Positions 29,070-38,392 of a stretch of 64,000 nucleotides of DNA are shown in pieces. The notes beneath the pieces were generated by a model. It was not told the origin of the DNA. It did no database searches and saw nothing but the letters and a program-made list of their open reading frames with translations. The DNA comes from a virus (taxonomy: Duplodnaviria; Heunggongvirae; Uroviricota; Caudoviricetes). The stretch is from IMG/VR virus record IMGVR_UViG_3300032330_001609, positions 5,975-69,974 of that record. One strand, 5' to 3'. A program made the position numbers and the translations under genes. Numbering within the stretch: the stretch's first letter is position 1; the number at the start of each line of letters is the position of its first letter.

Positions 29070-29486
29070 ATGGAATTTTTTATTAAAAAGAAAGCAACTT
29101 TACCGGTATTAAAACTTCAAGTAGTTAAAGACGGTAGAAGTGATTATAATCATTTTATGAAAGCGATTGAATTATCTTCTATCTTTTTTTCTATGGTTGA
29201 TGTTGAAACAGGTTTAATTAAGATTAATTCAAAACCCGGAGGATTTGTTGAAAAAACCTTTACAGACCCAAATGCTGAACCGGAATATTATATTTATTAC
29301 CAATTTACATCAACTGATACTAACCGAGTTGGTAGATATGAAGGACAATTTCTTCTTAAAAATGATGACGGTAATTTAATTGTTCCAATTAGAGAACAAT
29401 TGTTTATTAATGTTCAAGAATCGTTTGTTGCAGACGATTTAGTTTACGACACACCACACACATCAGAATTTCCTTGTTGTAATTAA
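29070..29486 (+). CDS. BppU-N-like Ig-fold fibre/baseplate adaptor
   Basis: FFIKK..TLP.L, Y.F...DT...G.YEGQF pattern. Confidence 0.55.
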   Translation: MEFFIKKKATLPVLKLQVVKDGRSDYNHFMKAIELSSIFFSMVDVETGLIKINSKPGGFVEKTFTDPNAEPEYYIYYQFTSTDTNRVGRYEGQFLLKNDDGNLIVPIREQLFINVQESFVADDLVYDTPHTSEFPCCN

Positions 29487-29537
29487 AAAAAAATATTTTT
29501 TATTCAAATTTTGACTATTTATAGTTAAAAACATTGT

Positions 29538-32500
29538 ATGGCAAATATTAAGTATTTAGTTAAAAATTTAAGTTCTAATATTGTTTTATTGAGTTATCAA
29601 AACTCTAATGACAATATGTGGAATTACCAAGTGGTTTTAAGACCCGGTCAAACCAAAAATATATGGTGTGTTGAAGGTACTTTATCTCACTCAGGAAGAA
29701 ATAGTGATGTAAGCATTACTGTTGATACAAGTACGTGTACACCAATTACACCAACAACATCACCAACACCTATTGTTGGTAATTCAAACCCATTAACTTT
29801 AACACCGGTATATTATCCGGGGTCTATTGGTGTGGTTTATACATTATCGTCAAAATATCCTTCAGATACTGACATTACTGTTAATTTTACTAACTTATTA
29901 GGAACTATTGATAATGGAGGTATTTCTATTAAAAGTTCTGTAACTTTATTTACCGGTGAAAAATCAGGTTCAACTGAAGTAATTATTGACGGTGATTTTA
30001 CCACATTAAATGACTCAAGTTTGTTCTCTGATGTTATAGTAACAACAGATAGTCCTTCACAATACATTGAAACCCCAATATCGGCACCACCTTTGGTTAT
30101 TAGACCTATAAAACCTTTCGACCCTCCAACTTATTTAGCGGTATATCTTGTTCAAAGTTGTTGTTATTCTGGTGTGACCGGTCTTATGTCATTAAAAGTT
30201 GGTGGTTTTAATTCTATTGATTGGGTAGGTATGGTTGTGGTTGATACATTAGGGAATTGTTATACCGTTATTGAAGAATATCCACTAGTTGCAGACCCTG
30301 TACAAATGAGACCTCAAAGTTTAACTTATGGTGGTGGTTACTATCAAAATTGTGAAATTTGTCTTGCTAAATATCCGTGTAGTGTTGTTAGACCAACACC
30401 AACACCAACAACATCTGCTGTCGCAGTAACACCTTGTAATGTAACACCAACACCAACACCAACTGTTAGTAAAGCGTGTGCAACAGGTCAACCAATAATT
30501 AATAGTGTATTTAATACAACCGGTAATACTTTTATGGTGTATTTTACAACACAAGGATGTTGTGATGCGTTAACGGTTAGTTGGTCATCTAATAATATAA
30601 CTTGGAATAATTCTACTGCAGGTTGTGGTTCACCAAGAACAATAACTATTCCGAATTCATCAAGTTATCCATCACTTTATTTTAGAATTACACAAATTTG
30701 TAATGGTTGTAATACGTTAAATTCAAATGTATTAACACTAAACACCGTAACAGTAACACCTACATCAACACCGGGGGCAACTCCAACAGTAACACCAACA
30801 ATATCGGTAACACCAACTAAAACACCAACACAAACACCTACTAAAACACCAACACAAACACCAACACAAACACCATTGAGATATGGTGCTTACCTTGTAC
30901 AATCTTGTTGTGAAGGAAAAGGAGCTACAGGTGTTATATTATTACCAACAACTTTCCAAGTTGGTACAACAATTGTTACAACAGGTGATTTATGTATGAC
31001 AATTACAGGTAGAGCCCCTAAAGGTGCTATTGCAACACATACTTGGAATTCAGCGTCTATATTCTCAGGTTGTACTGAATGTACAAACGAATATCCTTGT
31101 CAATTAACACCAACACCGACACCGACACCAACAGTTACACCAACATTAACATTAGGTTATACACCTTGTATTGAAATTACAAGTGAGTGTCGAACTCAAA
31201 TAGCAACTCCGGGTCAAATAATTAATGGACATATTTCATACACATTTATATCCGGATTTGGTAATCCAACATTGATTTATTGGGAAAATGGTGCTTGGTT
31301 AGTGATAAATACTGATACAAAAGAAGTTTGTTCGTCATTAAAAGGTGATTCACAATTTCCAATTGGAACGTCATCGGAATGGCAATCATCAATACCTCCA
31401 GTAAAAGGTTGTGAATGTTTAGGTAGTGATACAGGATTTAACACGATTTTAAGTTATTGTCCAACACCTACACCAACACCTACAAAAACCCCTACACCAA
31501 CACCTGCGTTTTGTGAAGGTAACTTAGTAACTAATGGTAATTTTAATAGTAGTTTAAGTGGATGGTCACAAAGTGTTAGTGGTAATTGGGTTTGGAGTGA
31601 TTATTTTGGTGGTAGTGCACATTATGTTGGTGAAGATGAAGGAGGACTTTTATTCCAAGATATATTAACCGAAGGTGCTACTTATAATATCACATTTACA
31701 TTATACAATTACGCTTCTTGTACTGAGTATGGTTATGTAGTTGTTTATGCGGGTGATTCTATGTCGTTACCAATTAGTGACACCGGAGTAACTTATCAAA
31801 ATGTCACACTTATATGTGGAACAGGTATTGGTTTTGGAATTTCAGGTGAAGACGCTTGTGGTGGTGGAAATATTGGAACAATATATATTGATAATCTTTG
31901 TATTACAGAAATTGCCGGACCGACACCTACACCTACAGCAACAATAGGTACAACACCAACAAATACTCCAACACATACACCAACACCAACTGTTACACCA
32001 ACAAGTACTGTTACAGGATGTATTGATTGTGATGTATCAGGATATTCTTATATAATATCAAACACAACAACAAACCCATCAACTGCAACTGTTTGTGGTA
32101 GAATAATAACAACATCAAATTCAACACTAACAGTTTTAAGTAATGGTAATCCTATTGCATACGCATCTAACATAACAGAATGGAATAATTACTGTAATAA
32201 TAATATTCCTTGTTATACTTATTGGCAATTTAACCCTTCGGAGGCATATAGAGGATGTATGTATAATCAACAGGCAATTAATAATTTAGCACCTGCGGGA
32301 TGGAGAGGATTAACATATGAGGATGTTGTTTATTTTATAACTTGTTACGGTAACGCAAATGTATTTGCCGCAAACACAGGTCATTGGAATTTAAGTTTTT
32401 GGACAAATAGAACCCAAGCGGGTGAAACAGGTGTGAATTTCCAAGGTTATGGTTGGGGGAGTTGGAACCCTAGTAGTAATCAAATTGATTGGGTTTATGA

Positions 32501-32651
32501 TGGAAGAGCTGAAGTTCACGGATTTACCAATATAACCGCACCTAATTATACTTCTTATGTAAGTATTATTTCAGGAAAAATTTATTGGGGGTCTTCAGTG
32601 GAAACTAATTATCTAAAAGCACCTAAATACGCAAGATTTATAAAACTATAA
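29538..32651 (+). CDS. Thr-Pro repeat, Cys-rich multidomain putative virion protein with CBM-like and degenerate Fib_succ_major-like domains
   Basis: TP linkers; two QSCC modules; NLVTNGNF...GW (CBM4/9-like); G.MYN..A...LAPAGWR (FISUMP-like). Confidence 0.65.
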   Translation: MANIKYLVKNLSSNIVLLSYQNSNDNMWNYQVVLRPGQTKNIWCVEGTLSHSGRNSDVSITVDTSTCTPITPTTSPTPIVGNSNPLTLTPVYYPGSIGVVYTLSSKYPSDTDITVNFTNLLGTIDNGGISIKSSVTLFTGEKSGSTEVIIDGDFTTLNDSSLFSDVIVTTDSPSQYIETPISAPPLVIRPIKPFDPPTYLAVYLVQSCCYSGVTGLMSLKVGGFNSIDWVGMVVVDTLGNCYTVIEEYPLVADPVQMRPQSLTYGGGYYQNCEICLAKYPCSVVRPTPTPTTSAVAVTPCNVTPTPTPTVSKACATGQPIINSVFNTTGNTFMVYFTTQGCCDALTVSWSSNNITWNNSTAGCGSPRTITIPNSSSYPSLYFRITQICNGCNTLNSNVLTLNTVTVTPTSTPGATPTVTPTISVTPTKTPTQTPTKTPTQTPTQTPLRYGAYLVQSCCEGKGATGVILLPTTFQVGTTIVTTGDLCMTITGRAPKGAIATHTWNSASIFSGCTECTNEYPCQLTPTPTPTPTVTPTLTLGYTPCIEITSECRTQIATPGQIINGHISYTFISGFGNPTLIYWENGAWLVINTDTKEVCSSLKGDSQFPIGTSSEWQSSIPPVKGCECLGSDTGFNTILSYCPTPTPTPTKTPTPTPAFCEGNLVTNGNFNSSLSGWSQSVSGNWVWSDYFGGSAHYVGEDEGGLLFQDILTEGATYNITFTLYNYASCTEYGYVVVYAGDSMSLPISDTGVTYQNVTLICGTGIGFGISGEDACGGGNIGTIYIDNLCITEIAGPTPTPTATIGTTPTNTPTHTPTPTVTPTSTVTGCIDCDVSGYSYIISNTTTNPSTATVCGRIITTSNSTLTVLSNGNPIAYASNITEWNNYCNNNIPCYTYWQFNPSEAYRGCMYNQQAINNLAPAGWRGLTYEDVVYFITCYGNANVFAANTGHWNLSFWTNRTQAGETGVNFQGYGWGSWNPSSNQIDWVYDGRAEVHGFTNITAPNYTSYVSIISGKIYWGSSVETNYLKAPKYARFIKL

Positions 32652-32675
32652 AAATAAAAAAATAAAAATATAATT

Positions 32676-34937
32676 ATGTCATTTTCAACGTCATTTTGTT
32701 TAACAAACATAGGGAGTTTACCCCCAAATACAACATTATCATTTTATTCAAATGTAGATGGATATACGGTACCGTTTCAAACAACGGTACCTCTTTTAAG
32801 TGTAACAGGAAATAACTGTCCTTACACATTAACAGGAGTACCTAATGGTACATTACAAATTAAAGTAGAGTCTTCAACAGGTAATTGTTGTGCGGTTGTT
32901 AATGTTACACCAAACGACCCTTGTACTTTTTGTAATTTAGGGTTTGATTCATTTTCAGCAACAACAATTGGTCAAATAGTTGCTGGTAATCTTACAGGTA
33001 GTTGTGATGCAAACATTACAGATTATTTTATAGAATGGTATGATGTTACAAATTCTAGTTCACCGGTTTTGAAATTTAGTAGTGGTAATGGAACTTTATT
33101 TACTTATACTTATCAACATCCATTAGTGAATACAACGGCTGTTCCGGTATTACCGGGGTTATATAAACCATATTTACGTAAAGTAATTATTAATGGAATT
33201 ACATATACCAATAACGTTGAGGTTGGAGCGGTTCAAGCTAATTTAGATTGTTTTACGACTCTTTCTGTTAATGTATCACCATTAAATTGTAGTAATGGGG
33301 AAGAAGAAGGTGATTATACTCACAGAATACAATTTTCAGGTGCATCTAATGGTATACAACCTGTTCCACTATATTCTATTTTTCAATTATCCGCGGACAC
33401 TAATTACATTGCTTGGAAATTTTGGGGGTATGATATAGCAGATGAAGTAAAATTAACATATTATGGTTCTAATTATAATAATCAACCGATTATTTTAGAA
33501 TGGTTTACTATTGGTAATAATAATAATGGGTTTAATTTATACGATAATGTTTTTCCAAAAGTAACATTTACTTTTGATGGTGGTGATAATAGTGATTATT
33601 TTAATAAAATTACTTGTTTAACAGGTATTACTAGAAGTCAAAATGATTATATTCTTATTGAAGTCAAACCAAATATTCTAAATAGTAAAACAAATTTCAA
33701 ACTTTTATTACAATGTTTAACATCATTCAATTGTGAAAGTTGTTTTGATAATTACTATAATAGTATTGGTTATCCAATAATTGAAAATTCTATAACATCA
33801 ACTTCACAAACTTGTAATCAACTACAAGTGTCGTTAGAATATAGTGGATGTTCTACGAATGATGTTTCTAATAGTGATTTATATAAATATATGAGAACAT
33901 CAACATCAACAATACCTAATTCCGGACCAAGTTGGATTAATAATAGTGGAGTTTACTGGCTAGGTAACACATTAGCGTTTAATAGAATTTTATGTAGTTC
34001 GGGAAAACAATCGTTGAACTTAGTTTGTGAAAACCCTAGTAATAATACAATAACATTTACAAAAGATAATTCAGGTGTTGGTGGTATTGGTAACATTTAT
34101 ATGACTTTTTCAAACATTGTTGATTTTAATGCTTATTATAATTCATATTTAACGTTATTATCCGGATTAGGTGGTATACCAACAGACCCAACACAAATTA
34201 ATTATTATCGTTCAATGTTTTTAATAACACCTAATCCAACAAGTGTTACAGACCAATGTGGTGATACAACAGGTAAATCTGACTATGAAATACACACAAC
34301 GTCTGTTGTTACAACAGGTTTTACTAATAATTTTTACACTTTGAATTTTACGATGCCAACAATAACAAATCAAATGTCTTTTACAAATTGTCAATTATAT
34401 TGTGAAAGTTATGTAAATAGTTTTGTTATGGGGGTTAACCAAGAATCAACCGGTTCTACGAACAATTATAATTACATTAACAGTAAAGGTAATAGATATA
34501 CTAAACCTTTTAGTGCATCTAAAACAGTTGGTATATATAATACACCTTTAACAGGTTTTTCGTCAGTATATTCAGTTAGTTATTCTAAATTCCTAAATGA
34601 AACAAAACCTTTTTCGGCGAATACTGATGGAACGTACACTTACATTAATAGTTTATCTGCAACGACTTGTAATAGTTTTTCAAATTTAACATTAATCCCC
34701 GGAACTCCAGGATATAATGACGAGTATTATCTACAAATACTTTGTTATTATAGAGTAGAATCGACAAACCCATTAAATATTAATGATTTTGTTATTAAGG
34801 CATCTCCATTATCCCAAGGCACGTATAACCCACCTTTAATTCAATATCAATATGAACCAAACCCAAACAATTTGATAACAATATATCAAAATCTGAATGG
34901 TGTTGGAACAGTATTAAATCCAAATTATTTTATATAA
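32676..34937 (+). CDS. Cys/Asn/Thr-rich putative virion protein
   Basis: Composition and operon context; no recognisable enzyme motif. Confidence 0.55.
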   Translation: MSFSTSFCLTNIGSLPPNTTLSFYSNVDGYTVPFQTTVPLLSVTGNNCPYTLTGVPNGTLQIKVESSTGNCCAVVNVTPNDPCTFCNLGFDSFSATTIGQIVAGNLTGSCDANITDYFIEWYDVTNSSSPVLKFSSGNGTLFTYTYQHPLVNTTAVPVLPGLYKPYLRKVIINGITYTNNVEVGAVQANLDCFTTLSVNVSPLNCSNGEEEGDYTHRIQFSGASNGIQPVPLYSIFQLSADTNYIAWKFWGYDIADEVKLTYYGSNYNNQPIILEWFTIGNNNNGFNLYDNVFPKVTFTFDGGDNSDYFNKITCLTGITRSQNDYILIEVKPNILNSKTNFKLLLQCLTSFNCESCFDNYYNSIGYPIIENSITSTSQTCNQLQVSLEYSGCSTNDVSNSDLYKYMRTSTSTIPNSGPSWINNSGVYWLGNTLAFNRILCSSGKQSLNLVCENPSNNTITFTKDNSGVGGIGNIYMTFSNIVDFNAYYNSYLTLLSGLGGIPTDPTQINYYRSMFLITPNPTSVTDQCGDTTGKSDYEIHTTSVVTTGFTNNFYTLNFTMPTITNQMSFTNCQLYCESYVNSFVMGVNQESTGSTNNYNYINSKGNRYTKPFSASKTVGIYNTPLTGFSSVYSVSYSKFLNETKPFSANTDGTYTYINSLSATTCNSFSNLTLIPGTPGYNDEYYLQILCYYRVESTNPLNINDFVIKASPLSQGTYNPPLIQYQYEPNPNNLITIYQNLNGVGTVLNPNYFI

Positions 34938-34940
34938 ATT

Positions 34941-34968
34941 AAGAGACCTTCGGGTCTCTTTTTTTTTT
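34941..34968 (+). terminator. Rho-independent terminator
   Basis: AAGAGACC-TTCG-GGTCTCTT followed by a T run (cUUCGg loop). Confidence 0.92.
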
Positions 34969-34973
34969 ATCGT

Positions 34974-35006
34974 TTGACTTACTCAAACATTTCTAATATA
35001 TTTATA
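34974..35006 (+). promoter_or_regulatory. Sigma70-like promoter TTGACT-N17-TATATT overlapping a TATTTATA motif, upstream of DNA polymerase
   Basis: TTGACT 34974-34979, TATATT 34997-35002, TATTTATA 34999-35006. Confidence 0.55.
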
Positions 35007-35066
35007 GAGAACAAGGTAAATCTCATCAAGAATGGGAGCAAATATACCAATCTAAAAAAATATATT

Positions 35067-38012
35067 ATGGTAACACAAGAAGAAATTAAGTCATTCCTTG
35101 AGGGGAGTGACCCCGAAGAGCACATCGTTGCTATCGAGTTTGATTATGTAACAGACTCAATCTACAAAATTAAAGAAGTCCCGGGTCAGGGAAAAATTAT
35201 CAAAAAAGACACATTTACTGCATTTGCTTGGGTTGGAGATTTGAGAGGTTTGAATTTTTATTCATCTTCCAAAGACCAACAGAAAGAGGCAATGAAAAAA
35301 CACGGAATTATCATTGATAAATTACGTACCACAAATGAAGATGGGACTGTTAACGAAAGGTTAGACAGAGGTCTTAAATTTATGGTTAAATCAATGAGAG
35401 GGTATCGTGCGTTAATCCAATTCTTTCGTGAAGGTGGTGTTGACCCTTGGGGTGAAAAAACCAAAGATAAGGTTATGATTTTACCCCCGGTTGAACAATA
35501 CTTAATCTCAAGAGAAAAAAGATTGTTTAAGGGTTATGAGGAGTACAACGACATCACAAGACTCGGATTTGACTTGGAGACGACCGCTCTTGAACCTAAA
35601 GACGGTCGTATATTTATGATTGGAATCAAAACCAATAAAGGATTCCAAAAAGTTATTGAATGTGCAACTGAAGACCAAGAAAGAAAAGGACTTGTTGAGT
35701 TCTTCAACATTATAGATGAAATTAAACCATCAATTATTGGTGGATACAATTCCGCAAACTTCGATTGGTTTTGGATTTTTGAAAGATGTAAAGCTCTTAA
35801 CTTGGATATTAAAAAGATTGCAAAATCATTAAACCCTTCAAGACCTATTGGTCAGAAAGATGGAATGTTAAAACTTGCTAATGAGGTTGAAAGATTTTCT
35901 CAAACTCAATTATGGGGTTATAATGTAATTGATATTATCCACTCTGTTCGTAGAGCACAGGCAATTAATTCAAGTATTAAATCTGCGGGTTTGAAATATA
36001 TTACCCAATACATTAAAGCCGAGTCTCCTGACCGTGTTTATATCGACCACTTAGATATTGGGCCGATGTATGCTAAAAAAGAGGAGTATTGGTTAAATGT
36101 TGAAAATGGTAAGTATAAGAAAGCCGACAATCCGGCGTTTGATAATTTAGATACAAGATTCCCGGGAAAATATATAAAGGTTACCGGAGATAATATTGTT
36201 GAGAGATATCTTGACGATGACTTGGAGGAAACGTTGACAGTGGATGATGAATTCAACCAAGGAACATTTCTATTAGCTTCTATGGTACCAACAACATATG
36301 AAAGAGTTTCCACTATGGGAACCGCAACCTTATGGAAGATGATTATGTTAGCTTGGTCGTATAAACATAATTTGGCAATACCGGAGAAAGAACAAAAAAC
36401 AGACTTCGTAGGAGGACTTTCAAGACTACTTAAAGTTGGTTACTCTACCAATGTATTAAAACTTGACTACTCTTCCCTATATCCATCAATTCAGTTAGTA
36501 CACGATGTGTTTCCAACTTGTGATGTCTTAGGAGGAATGAAAGGTATGTTAGCTTACTTCCGTAACGCTCGTATTATGTATAAAAACTTGGCGGGTGAGT
36601 TCTATGAATCAGACCCTAAGAAGTCTTTATCATATGACCGAAAACAATTACCGATTAAGATATTCATCAACTCGATGTTCGGTGCGTTGTCAGCCCCACA
36701 GGTATATGCTTGGGGAGATATGTTTATGGGAGAACAGATTACTTGTACCGGAAGACAATATCTTCGTCAGATGATTAAGTTCTTTATGAAGAAAGGTTAT
36801 ACACCACTAGTAATGGATACCGATGGTGTGAACTTCTCAAAACCTGAGGGGTGGGAAAATAGACGTTATGTTGGTAAAGGATTAAATTGGAAAGTGAAAG
36901 AGGGTAAAGAATATACCGGTGATGATGCCGACGTTGCAGAATTTAATGATATGTTTATGAGAGGTGAGATGGCATTGGATACCGATGGTACTTGGCCTTC
37001 GTGTATTAACTTAGCTCGTAAGAACTATGCGGTTATGGAGGCAAATGGTAAAATTAAACTTACCGGAAACACCATCAAATCAAAGAAACTTCCATTATAT
37101 ATTGAGGACTTCTTAGACAAGGGGGTTAAAATGTTATTGGAAGGTAAAGGACAAGAGTTTATTGAGTGGTATTACGAATACTTAACAAAGATTCATAGTC
37201 AGGACATTCCACTTATGAAAATTGCTCAGAGAGCTAAGGTTAAGTTGTCAGTTGATGATTATAAAAAACGTTGTACTCAGAAGACTAAAGGTGGTTCGTT
37301 AATGAGTAGAATGGCTCATATGGAACTTGCTATCAAACACAACCTAAAAGTATCATTGGGGGATGTTATTAGTTATGTAAATAATGGTGAGAGAGCATCA
37401 CACGGAGATGTTCAGAAAGTAAATAAACCTAAAAAAGGTTGGTCTGAAAAACAAATAGAACTATATTTTTCATCATATGATTCTGCCCACTATAAAGAAA
37501 AAGAAAAGTTTTTATTAAAAAATGGATGGGAAAAATCTTGGTCTGATGATAATTGGGTTCGTTCAGACGAACCAATCAAAGAAGCGATGAATGGTATTTC
37601 AACAGATGTTGCTTATAGATTGGCAAATGCTGACAATACAGATTCAACAATACAATTAAATTGTTATATGTTAGACCCAACTGAGATTGAGAACAATCCG
37701 GATATGAGAGGTGAATATAATGTGTTACGAGCAATCTCAACATTTAACAAACGTATTGAACCATTATTGGTTGTATTCAAAGAAGAGGTAAGAGAACAAT
37801 TATTAGTGACTAATCCTGAAGATAGAGGATTCTTTACTAAAGACCAATCTGAATTGATTAACGGGGTTCCATTTGAAGAAGGAGACCAAGACACTTTGGA
37901 AGAAGTATTAACATTATCTGAGGGTGAGATTAAGTATTGGGAGAAAAGAGGGATGAGTCCTGATTACATTTACGATTTGGCATCTGAAGGATGGGAAGAA
38001 TATATAAATTAA
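35067..38012 (+). CDS. polB: Family B DNA polymerase with 3'-5' exonuclease (likely start ATG 35067 rather than TTG 34974)
   Basis: Exo motifs FDLET, GYNSANFD, YLDDD; Pol motifs DYSSLYPS, KIFINSMFG, MDTDG, KNYA. Confidence 0.95.
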   Translation: MVTQEEIKSFLEGSDPEEHIVAIEFDYVTDSIYKIKEVPGQGKIIKKDTFTAFAWVGDLRGLNFYSSSKDQQKEAMKKHGIIIDKLRTTNEDGTVNERLDRGLKFMVKSMRGYRALIQFFREGGVDPWGEKTKDKVMILPPVEQYLISREKRLFKGYEEYNDITRLGFDLETTALEPKDGRIFMIGIKTNKGFQKVIECATEDQERKGLVEFFNIIDEIKPSIIGGYNSANFDWFWIFERCKALNLDIKKIAKSLNPSRPIGQKDGMLKLANEVERFSQTQLWGYNVIDIIHSVRRAQAINSSIKSAGLKYITQYIKAESPDRVYIDHLDIGPMYAKKEEYWLNVENGKYKKADNPAFDNLDTRFPGKYIKVTGDNIVERYLDDDLEETLTVDDEFNQGTFLLASMVPTTYERVSTMGTATLWKMIMLAWSYKHNLAIPEKEQKTDFVGGLSRLLKVGYSTNVLKLDYSSLYPSIQLVHDVFPTCDVLGGMKGMLAYFRNARIMYKNLAGEFYESDPKKSLSYDRKQLPIKIFINSMFGALSAPQVYAWGDMFMGEQITCTGRQYLRQMIKFFMKKGYTPLVMDTDGVNFSKPEGWENRRYVGKGLNWKVKEGKEYTGDDADVAEFNDMFMRGEMALDTDGTWPSCINLARKNYAVMEANGKIKLTGNTIKSKKLPLYIEDFLDKGVKMLLEGKGQEFIEWYYEYLTKIHSQDIPLMKIAQRAKVKLSVDDYKKRCTQKTKGGSLMSRMAHMELAIKHNLKVSLGDVISYVNNGERASHGDVQKVNKPKKGWSEKQIELYFSSYDSAHYKEKEKFLLKNGWEKSWSDDNWVRSDEPIKEAMNGISTDVAYRLANADNTDSTIQLNCYMLDPTEIENNPDMRGEYNVLRAISTFNKRIEPLLVVFKEEVREQLLVTNPEDRGFFTKDQSELINGVPFEEGDQDTLEEVLTLSEGEIKYWEKRGMSPDYIYDLASEGWEEYIN

Positions 38013-38040
38013 AAAAGGGGTTTAAAACCCCTTTTTTTTT
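38011..38040. terminator. Bidirectional terminator between convergent genes
   Basis: AAAAAAGGGGTT-TAA-AACCCCTTTTTTTTT. Confidence 0.9.
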
Positions 38041-38387
38041 TATTCTAATTTTAATCCATCGGATGAAACAATGTACCAATTATCTTCTAATAAATAAAAT
38101 TCAACACAAGCTCCTCGGTCAATGAAAATTTCATCATACGTTTCATCAATTTTGTTTTTTGAGGCGTTGATGTAAACTTTTGTTAATGTCTTAATAATGA
38201 TATGTTCTGTTGTATTATTGTCTAATACAATTCTACATTCATCAACATCTTTGACCAAAATTAAAGATTCACCATTTGTTGAGTAATAATTTGTTCTAAT
38301 AATTTTTTTCAAATCAATTTCTTTAAGTTCCGGTTCAAAATAACGTTTATCACCAATTTGTTTTTTATTTAAGTGAGATTTTAACAT
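38040..38387 (-). CDS. Hypothetical protein (resembles a single tail-fibre beta-module)
   Basis: ORF; IVL...IIIK...ID...W.IVS pattern; follows the neck gene. Confidence 0.55.
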   Translation of the reverse strand: MLKSHLNKKQIGDKRYFEPELKEIDLKKIIRTNYYSTNGESLILVKDVDECRIVLDNNTTEHIIIKTLTKVYINASKNKIDETYDEIFIDRGACVEFYLLEDNWYIVSSDGLKLE

Positions 38388-38392
38388 AATAA

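Noticed and set aside
34974-35066. N-terminal extension of PolB from the TTG start
   Set aside because: Overlaps promoter motifs and a leader hairpin; ATG 35067 is more plausible.
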